From positions 62,001-126,000 of the forward strand of contig CM061250.1 in the NCBI GenBank assembly GCA_022605425.2: a stretch of 64,000 nt of DNA. The letters are read 5' to 3'. The DNA comes from Hamiltosporidium tvaerminnensis FI-OER-3-3 (Eukaryota > Fungi > Microsporidia). The notes under the pieces were generated by a model. That model saw only the letters and a list, made by a program, of their open reading frames with translations, ran no database searches and was not told where the DNA came from. Of the stretch, positions 56,001 through 64,000 are shown one piece after another; positions within the stretch are counted from its first letter, which is position 1; every line of letters starts with the position of its first letter. A program made the translations under genes and the position numbers.

Positions 56001-56465
56001 AAATTAAGAATATCACTTTTTTTTTCTTTTGAATTGAATTAATTTTATAAAAATTATATTCTCTTGATAGTAGAACCTTATCCGATTTTAAACTGTGATT
56101 TGAAAACCTTATAAAGTTAGGGTATGTGGAATATAAATCTTAGCTATAGATCGAAAAACAAAAGTTGATACCGAAGCTTTCTTCTAAATTCTTATCAATA
56201 CACTGCTATTAACAAAAATAATTAAACATTTTTATTATAAGGATAATAACTCTGTTGACTATAATTTTCGTAAGGTTAAAAAATATTTTTGTTCTTTTAT
56301 ATTACAGCTTCAAAGACCCACATCTGTTTTTCTGCTTTTATAACCTCAATGTTGTAATAAAATTTAGAAAAACTTAGTAATATCATACTCTTGTCCTTCT
56401 AAGTTTCCTTTTCTTAAATTTGATAATTAATTATAAAATTAATTTAGAAATCCTACTATTCAATT

Positions 56466-56620
56466 TATGTAGGATTTAGCAAGACCTTAAGTTTATGAAC
56501 AAATTTCATGAGAATTTAAGTTTCGCCAAAATTATATGATTTTTTTTATTTTAAATTTGATTAAAAAAAAAATATCAGAAAATTTGTTCATTAACTTAAG
56601 ATCTTGCTAAATTCTACATA
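56466..56620. mobile_element. MITE-like element with 41-bp terminal inverted repeats and TA at both ends
   Basis: TATGTAGGATTTAGCAAGACCTTAAGTTTATGAACAAATTT (56466-56506) vs the reverse complement of 56580-56620, TATGTAGAATTTAGCAAGATCTTAAGTTAATGAACAAATTT: 38/41 identical. Non-coding 73-nt interior. Confidence 0.7.
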
Positions 56621-56999
56621 CAGAAAAATGATGAAGGTTAAAAAAATATCCAAACTAATGTGTCAATTAATCGCAATAAAGCATTTGTTTTTTGTATCTC
56701 TTTCCTATTTTATCATTCAATAAAAAGTGTTTTATGATGTAAGAATATTTGTAAACAGCAAAAAATCTCAGCCTTTAAAAAAAGAGAATCGTTTACTCTA
56801 TTTGATCCTGCTATCATTCTGAATCACATACTATTTTGTATCCTTTTATTTTTTTCAAATATAAAAATAATTTTATTCGGAAAAAATGATTTGAATATAT
56901 TTTTCATAAAGAGGGATACTTTTTAAAAAATATTAAGTGCAAATTTATTTAAAAAGAGAGGTGGATTAGTTTGATTGAATTTAAAAGTAACTGGTGTAT

Positions 57000-57700
57000 G
57001 TTAAAATTGATTTTTTTTCTAATTGCTAAGGCCATGGTGGAGAGAGGATAACCACATTAAGACCGTGTTACTTGTAAATTATTTGATGAAGGGTATGTAT
57101 GAACTAATTGTTTTGCTTTTTAGTTTAAATAACACCAATCTTTATTATGGGATTCCATGGCTGTTCTTGTTCAAAGAAAAGATCTATAAAATTTCAATGC
57201 TTTTTTGTGTATTTTTTAGGTTGTTATGTGACTAGATTTTAGACTGCAAATTAACTTAAGGTAAGTGTGATCTAAAAGAATAAAACATAGTCTCAAACAC
57301 CAGGTTATAAGAATTAGCGTAAAGAGATAGAAATAAATAATTTTGAAACTGTGGAGCGATGTAGCATGTTATACTTTTGTTATGATATTGCATTGTCTAA
57401 GTAGGTCTGTGTTAGTCCTCAAAATATATCTTAGCGAGCATTTATTGGCTTCGGAGTGAATAGAGTAAGTGAAAATCCTGCATAATCTCGAAAGGTTAAG
57501 TTCGAGCTATGTTCTACCTACAATCAAAACTTAGTAAAAGATATGGGCAAACGCTACGCAAACCTTTTCCCTATTAAATAGATCATATATACCTTATAAA
57601 TGAAAGCCTTGGAGTGGATATCATAAGTGGTACAGATAGTGTGGTGGGGATGCTGTCACATATGTTAAACTCAGAACTGCGTGAATGTCATCAAAAAAAT
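57000..57700 (+). pseudogene. Family C copy 2 (unknown protein)
   Basis: Track ORF 57023..57235 (WWREDNHIKTVLLVNYLMKG) parallels TGGTGAGGGAAATAACCA at ~20672; downstream TYNQNLVK and AVTYVK blocks are shared with the 21 kb copy. Confidence 0.6.
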
Positions 57701-58599
57701 TTATACTAGTGGCTGTGTAAAAAAGAGGTAATGATTTTAAATTATTCTATGTGTTAGTTTATACAGAAATATATTTTTTTTCCAAAACCGAGATAGTCTG
57801 TTATTATAAATTTGTAATATTGTTTTGTTATCTTCATTTACCGCTTATTTTTGTTTAAGTTATCTTTTCTTTTATATCTTGTTGTTCATTGTTAAAAAAA
57901 TTATTCTGATTTTGAAAGGTATGTATGGTACCATTTATCGAGCTATTAATTATTTAATGAAATAAATCTTATTAAACTGCACTGTTTTTTTTTAATTTCA
58001 ATATCCGAGTTTCTTTTATTTTACAAAGCAATTAAGAATTCACCAGCATAACATATTAGTCTTTTTTAAACTATACGGTTTTTATTTATACCAAATACTT
58101 TTCTTACTTATAATTTGTATTCCATTTTATTTTTCTACTGCGTTTCAGAAGTATGAAATTTAAGGCGTGTGAAATGTGATATTAATAACGCCAACAAATA
58201 TTGCTTGGTTGTTCGATTCAATTCATTACACAATAATTTTTTTAAAAATTCAAAACTTAGATGTTTTATTAAAAAATATTATTTGGAATACTATGTAGTT
58301 TCGCTAAAGGGATATGCATGGGATATAAATTTTAGTAAGTTTTTTTATTCATTTTTTTGATAACTTTGTCACTTTTTCTGTATTAAGTCATATATTTGTT
58401 CTAAATTAAATTTATAACATATTAAAAACTTGATTTGTATTTTTATTACATACTTAAAATACTTTACTAGTTGTTATCATATATTTTTTAAGTTTAACTA
58501 TTATATGTTGGCTTTCAATTAAAGAAAAATATATTTATATTGTAAACTCGGTATTTTACATCAATAGTGGTAGATTTCAGTTGCTTTTTTGTAACGTAA

Positions 58600-61305
58600 T
58601 TTAAAATTGTATAAAATCTGTATATTCTTTTCTTATATATAAACTAGTATATATTTCATATTTTATGTTCTATATAAAATTAGTATTGTTTATAGCTGTT
58701 AAGATAAAATATTTCTTTTTTGCAAGGAAAAATTATACCATTTCAAATTTTATTGATAATTATCGAACTGTTATTCTTTTAAGTGGAAAATTTTAGTTAC
58801 GCATTTATTTTATTTATGTTTTCTTAGTTTAGAATTTTCACTTGTATAGAGTCGGTTATGATAAAATTTATTTTAACTCTATTTTTAATTGCTTTTTTTC
58901 ATATTTCTTGTTTTTTTAGTCCAATTTTCTGTACTAAATTGTTACTATTATTTTTATATATTTCTTTTGTTATTCATTTACCAAGTTATAATGGTTGCTC
59001 ATGCAGCAGTTTTTCTAATTATAAAACAATTCTGGCTACTTTATTCTTGTCTTTTTTTAGTAAAGAATACTTATTTCTAAATAAATTATGATTTTACTAT
59101 ACTTTGATGTAGTTTATTAATTTTATTATAATTTAATTTTCATTTACCGTTAAATTCCTTAATTAATATCAATATTTTCTATTCGAATATATAATTAAGT
59201 ATTTTCTCTTCTTCTATGATTTTTGAGTGTTAAGTCTAATAAACTTATAAAATTTACCATAATTAGAAGTTTTTCAGTGTAGGGTATTGATTGCTTTTTT
59301 ATGGTTATTTAGAACATTTGGCCTATTAAAACCTTAATTGACTATCTTTAAATAATATTTTTTAATCTTAGTCATAATACGTTTTGTTCGACTTAAATAT
59401 AGCCGTATTAAATTTTGTGAAATTATTTTTAAAAGCCTTCAATACATTGAATGAAACTATGATCATATAGGGTATTCATACATAACTTTAGATTTCCATA
59501 TAACCTTATACTATTTACTTTTCCTCAATTTTATTTACAGTATAGCTTCTATTATAAATATATTGTTTTTGTTGCTTATAAAAATAGAATTCTAATTAAA
59601 AGAATGATATAAATCTGAAAAGGTATTTAAATTTCACGTATAATACTTTCAAGAAAATATATTAAAAGTGTAATACTATTGACTTCGTTGAAATAAAATG
59701 CTTTTATTTAGATTTATACAGAATTAAGTTATTTTTACCAAATCCTACAATTATATTAGAGAATTTTGATATTTGATTCATCTCAATATATTCATATAAA
59801 AATTTCGTTTTAAAATATTAACTCATATTGACCAATTTAAAACTTAAATTGTTACATTTGTAAAGATATTACTCAGTTTCCTATCATTTTATATTTTTAT
59901 TTGACTTATCTTGTAGTTTACTCTAATTATCTAAAGAATTAAATTTAAATAAATTGATAGTATATTAATATGTCTCGAACTGATAACTTTGTTCTTATTA
60001 TACTACTTCAAAATTAAAACTACATTTCATTATCTGTTTTTATATTAATTGTTTGTTAATTTCAATGTTATTAATTTATCTACCTTGTTCAAATACAATT
60101 TACAACAATTTTATAAATGTTTGGATTAATGTTTTTTTGGTATTCTTTGATCTTTAACTTTCACTGTAGCAATACGGATTCGCACGAAAAACAATCCAAA
60201 AAAAAACATATAGATTATATTTTAGTTTGGTTTAAATATTGAATGAATCTTTAATAAATATATTTCACTATAAGCTAAATTAATTTAATTCATTTTTAAT
60301 ATTTACTTTGCTAAATAGATATAAAGTTACGAACAATTATTTACATAATGAAGAAATACCTATACTAGTGGGAATTACAAGATATTTATATCACTTTGAG
60401 ATCTAAATATATTTTTAGATGGATATCAAAGCAAAAGGATTTAAACTTAGTCTTATAATTAATGGAAACAAGTAGTTATAATTCAAAAAATAAAATTTCT
60501 ATGATTGTGTTTGTTGGTTAAGAGATTATACTATCAAAATTACGATTTGTCTACTTAAAATAAATAAAGAAAGATGATTGAATATTAAAAATTTCAAAAC
60601 TATAAATATAGTTAAATTTTTAATATTGTGGCCTCTTCACTGTGGTACTCTTACTATGTCTATGGGTTAGGGATTATCTATCTCTTAGTAGTAATCCTCA
60701 GATGCCTTTATATATTTCTTTTTCACCATACTTATGTAGAAGCAATGAAACACATGCCACAAATACGGAACGATTTCGTTCTTACTTTGATATTCGCAGC
60801 TGAATGTACTTTTACTCTTACTATCTACGCTGATATGGTTTGTTAAAGGGCTTATGTAAGATTATTTGCATAAGTCTGGACATAAATACATATGGTAGTA
60901 AACAACTAACTCGTTCGATCTGGTAAAACAGTCGACTTTACTTAATAAGTGAATTTATTCGCTTATGAAAATGTTGATATATAATCTTATCAACATCAAT
61001 AGCTGTTTTACAGAATATCTAAGGTAATGAGCTCGATAACGGGACAATATTGCCTATTTAGATGGAATATTTTTTAAAGAATGTATATAAAGCAAGCATT
61101 TTTAGAATTTAAAAACTTATAACACAACAGGGCCTCTTCTATATGAACTAAATATATTTCGAATTCTCTATTTATCCCTATCTTACCAACCTAACTTGCT
61201 CTTTGTGTATCTGACTCTATCCTTTTAAACTTCAAATCAAAATCAGATATTGTATATGTCTTTGGAAAAGCTAATTTCTGTTTAAATAAATGTGTTCGCC
61301 CTATG
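58600..61305 (-). pseudogene. Family A copy 5, cut at its 5' end by a LINE
   Basis: Colinear with copies 1, 2 and 4 (58960-60620) and copy 3 (60600-61305); IPYMIIVSFNVLKAFKNNFTKFNTAIFKSNKTY. Homology to copy 3 ends at TAAATGTGTTCGCCCTAT (~61304). Confidence 0.75.
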
Positions 61306-62340
61306 TCAGAAAAGTACTGGTAATATAAAATTCAAAACGGCTGCCCTGTGTCTACCTCAGGGAAGTATTATCTCTCCTATACTGTTTAATATCTTCATAA
61401 ACGACATTATTTCTTATATTCCGAAAAAATACAGATATCATATTTTCCTATACGCGGATGATATAGTCATCTACTCGACATGCATAGTGGCTCTAAATAC
61501 CATACTTGACGGACTTTGCAAACATGCAGCACTCAATAGATCTACTTTTAATCCCGAAAAATGCTTCTATAATGCAACGAAAGATTTGAACATATTTATA
61601 TATGGAAAGAAAATTGAAAAACAGAACTCGCTTAAATATCTTGGGTTTTATTTCAATAATCGCTGTGCCGATACAAACGAGACTTTAAAAACCATACGAA
61701 AAAAATCTATAAAGGCTGCGGTTATTATAAACAGAGCATTTAAAAGATCCGAATTTGATTCCTTTCATAACTTACCACAACTAAAGCTACGTGGATATAA
61801 CATGTACGTTCGTCCACATATAGATTACCATGCTGTACTCTTAGGATGCAATACAACTTTTAACACTGCGGCAGACCGGATACAAAAAGGTGTTATTAAA
61901 TTTATGTACAATATATACTACCGAACCCCTTCCAAGATTATCTATGCGCTATTTCCGATAGAATCATTCATCAGAGAGTTGAAAGACTAAGATATAGTCT
62001 TGGCGAGAGAATACTACAAATGAAAAAGACAATAATAAGATTTGCCTTTCTTAGACTATTCAGTAAGAACATCAGAAATATCAAGAACTGTATTAAAACA
62101 TTTAGAAAAAAATTTCCTAATATGGACGCCAAAGAAAGATTCAAGAAACTGAATAAAGAAAATCTTAGGGTTAATTTTGATATTTTCCAAGAAATTGAAC
62201 TTTTAAAAAAGTATAATTTTCAAAATAGCAACAAAGCCAATTTTGAAAAAATAACAAGAATCTTGAGTCCATTTAGGAAGAAACAAGAAATTTCAGAAAT
62301 TTTGAACTTATTTCAAGTGGCAAATATTGCCCGCGCATAG
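61305..62340 (+). pseudogene. Truncated ORF2 reverse transcriptase with a single 1-nt frameshift near 61967
   Basis: Track ORFs 61292..61990 and 62020..62340 join as FPIES/HQRVERLRYSLGERILQMKK. The homologous FPIETIQQRLI*LTFALVFRI in the 33.65 kb copy supports one continuous ancestral ORF. Confidence 0.85.
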
Positions 62341-62403
62341 TACTAACTCACAGATTTTGGCCAAGTTGTGAGAAACCTTAAAGCAAACTTTAAAAAAAAA
62401 AAA
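61305..62403 (+). mobile_element. Young 5'-truncated LINE (RT motifs 4-7 plus C-terminus), related to the 31-34 kb element; 3' end uncertain and may extend to ~62770
   Basis: LPQGSIISPILFNIFIND, LYADDIV (YADD at 61451-61462), FNPEKC, KYLGFYF and YNMYVRPHIDY are canonical non-LTR RT motifs. A12 run at 62392-62403; no TSD established. Confidence 0.9.
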
Positions 62404-62736
62404 CAATAGTAGATATATTCATAATGAAAAATATTTTATCACGTAAAAAGAAAATTATAAGAGAGAAAAGAAAAGAAAAACCAAAGATAATTTAATTTCT
62501 TAAACTAAAATGAGTAATCTTATACGTAATAACAACTATTTAGAAACTTTGAGAAAAATTAAATATTTTTTTTAACAAAAGAAAAATTGACAATTTACTT
62601 TATTTTAAAAACCATGTGAAAATTTATTAAGCAATCAACGGAACCGGAACACTTTCAAAAAATTTATATTTTTCTATATCTTTTTATTTGCGAATATTAA
62701 CTTGCAAGAAACCTGAAAAACATTATGAAACGTTAC

Positions 62737-62766
62737 GGCAGGGAGCCCGAAAGGGACGTTACTGCC
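62737..62766 (+). other. GC-rich stem-loop with a GAAA tetraloop downstream of the LINE ORF
   Basis: GGCAG-GGAG-CCC-GAAA-GGG-ACGTTA-CTGCC: outer 5-bp stem, internal loop, inner CCC/GGG stem. Confidence 0.55.
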
Positions 62767-62923
62767 ATATTTCCTATAATTTAAAAATCATCGGAGTTTT
62801 ATGAAATATGTTGACTACCCGGTCAACTTATAATAGTAGTGAGGAGGGGTGTTGCTCCATTGAGTCTTTCTGGAATTTAAAAACATTTTTTGTTTTAAAT
62901 TTTCAGTTTGTAAAATTATTTAA

Positions 62924-64000
62924 ATAAAATCCATTTTCCCTAACCCCCAGTTTATTGTAACAGACGCCACGGGAATAGGGAAGTTCTCTAAACATATGGT
63001 GGTCAGATTATACAAAGATGGTAAGGAATACGTTTTTAAGAATGTTGGTGGGGTGTTGTCTTTTGTTTGAGAAAACCTTAACCTACCCGGAGTCGACTTA
63101 AATGTGTATAAACCAGGTGGTTGCCTTTTCCGATCGTTTGGTGCGTCTAAGGAAAATGTCGGCCGCAAGCTAATACCCGATGCAAAACACACTGGACCCA
63201 AGAAGACTGTAGAACTGATAGAATATTTTGTGCAATGGCCAGGTGAGTTGGGTGAGGGTGTTAGTCCTATTATAGCTTAAAATTCATTTACATGCTTTAA
63301 AGAAGAAGCCTTTGCCACTAATATACAACCAATTAAGAAAGTTGAAACCCAGTCTGAAGGGACTACAAATAGCTATTTTGTGAAGATTTTAGATGGTTTT
63401 GAATTTAAGTGGAAGAAACTATACAGGGCGAGCGAACAGGAACTTACCAATGGTGTATTGGTATTGTATATTGATATAGAGCCCTTGAATCTGTGTCCTT
63501 ATAATAATTGCACAAGTCAAATAAGACATATCTGCAAATAACAGTAGTTAGTGCTTGGTTAAAATGTCATGGGTGCAGATTAAAACCCGGAAATAATGTG
63601 TTGGAATTACAGCTTTCTTCCGTATTAACTAACGAAGAAATTATAATCTATTTAGAGGATAAATGCGCAAGCAAAGGCTTTTGGAAAACTCACACCAATT
63701 GTTTTTGAGTAAGGACCCGGAAGCAGGTGTGCCAATATATGATTCCGTGGAAGAAAGTCTTAAAGCTCGGGTTGGTTCACCAGAAAGGTTACGTGAGTTG
63801 TTAGGAACTTTAGAGCTATCTGACGGAAGTTACCATACGCTAAATGCACAGTCTTATTCTGTGGTTTCGAGCGATAAGGCATTTTCTGTGGAATTCAAAA
63901 AAGAAAAGCAGATAACGTCGTGTCAATCTGAACTCAGAAAATTTACAAAGAACTTCATCGAAGTTAACATTTACCCAAACTTAACGATAAATAACACTAC
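62924..64000 (+). pseudogene. Recently disrupted, GC-richer ~360-codon reading frame of unknown protein, running off the window
   Basis: Frame from 62924 (IKSIFPNPQFIVTDATGIGKFSKHMVVRLYKDGKEYVFKNVGG..LVLYIDIEPLNLCP) has only TGA at 63068 and TAA at 63278; it shifts to 63508..63708, then 63663-64000 is open to the edge (SKDPEAGVPIYDSVEESLKARVGSPERLRELLGTLELSDGSYHTL). 63121-63180 is 30/60 GC. Confidence 0.7.

Noticed and set aside
610-60846. The many 60-80-aa F/I/L/K/Y-rich ORFs in the track as small membrane proteins
   Set aside because: Expected by chance at this AT content; several are antisense to, or fragments of, the pseudogenes and LINE described above.
61960-61990. Programmed frameshift or two-gene arrangement in the young LINE
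   Set aside because: The 33.65-kb relative reads through this point in one frame (FPIETIQQR) and there is no slippery heptamer; a 1-nt deletion or sequencing error is simpler.
61292-62830. Prokaryotic RT system (retron, DGR, group II intron, CRISPR-RT)
   Set aside because: The motifs and the APE-bearing relative indicate a eukaryotic LINE; no repeat-spacer array, TR/VR pair or operon structure is present.
61281-62928. TTTAAATAAA at 61281-61290 and 62919-62928 as the LINE TSD
   Set aside because: Family A homology continues ~14 nt past the left copy, family A sequence does not resume after the right copy, and an all-A/T 10-mer is expected by chance here.
62920-63201. 93-aa minus-strand ORF
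   Set aside because: Antisense shadow of the longer + strand frame, which has more protein-like composition and continues ~800 nt further.
1-64000. Genome-wide alternative genetic code (UAR=Gln or UGA=Trp)
   Set aside because: The young retroelement frames (3243-3800, 61305-62340) use CAA/CAG for Gln, contain no internal UAR and end at TAA/TAG. The decayed regions also contain frameshifts and TGA, and the dead LINE shows the same TAA gains. Only the family A-specific version is kept as a hypothesis.

Overview
Very AT-rich eukaryotic DNA (roughly 20-25% GC by eye) with no intact cellular gene, rRNA, tRNA or CRISPR array that I can support. The window is mostly decayed multigene-family copies plus non-LTR retrotransposons of different ages. 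Best-supported elements: (1) a young, 5'-truncated RLE-type (R2/R4-group) retrotransposon at 3207-3802 (-) with a 9-bp target-site duplication GAATAAAGT, whose empty site is visible in a paralog at ~22.65 kb; (2) an old, nearly full-length APE-RT LINE at ~30.6-34.0 kb (+); (3) a young 5'-truncated copy of a related LINE at ~61.3-62.4 kb (+) with PQGS/YADD/KYLG motifs and one frameshift; (4) five decayed copies of an unknown minus-strand gene family (family A) that share in-frame TAA/TAG codons at homologous positions; (5) probable LRR-like pseudogenes (family B) and a smaller paralog set (family C); (6) a 155-bp MITE-like element with 41-bp inverted repeats; (7) a GC-richer, recently disrupted ~360-codon reading frame of unknown origin running off the right edge. 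Composition and the RLE C-terminal sequence remind me of large-genome microsporidia (Hamiltosporidium-like); this is recollection, not a verified search. Most short ORFs in the supplied track are chance or antisense frames.
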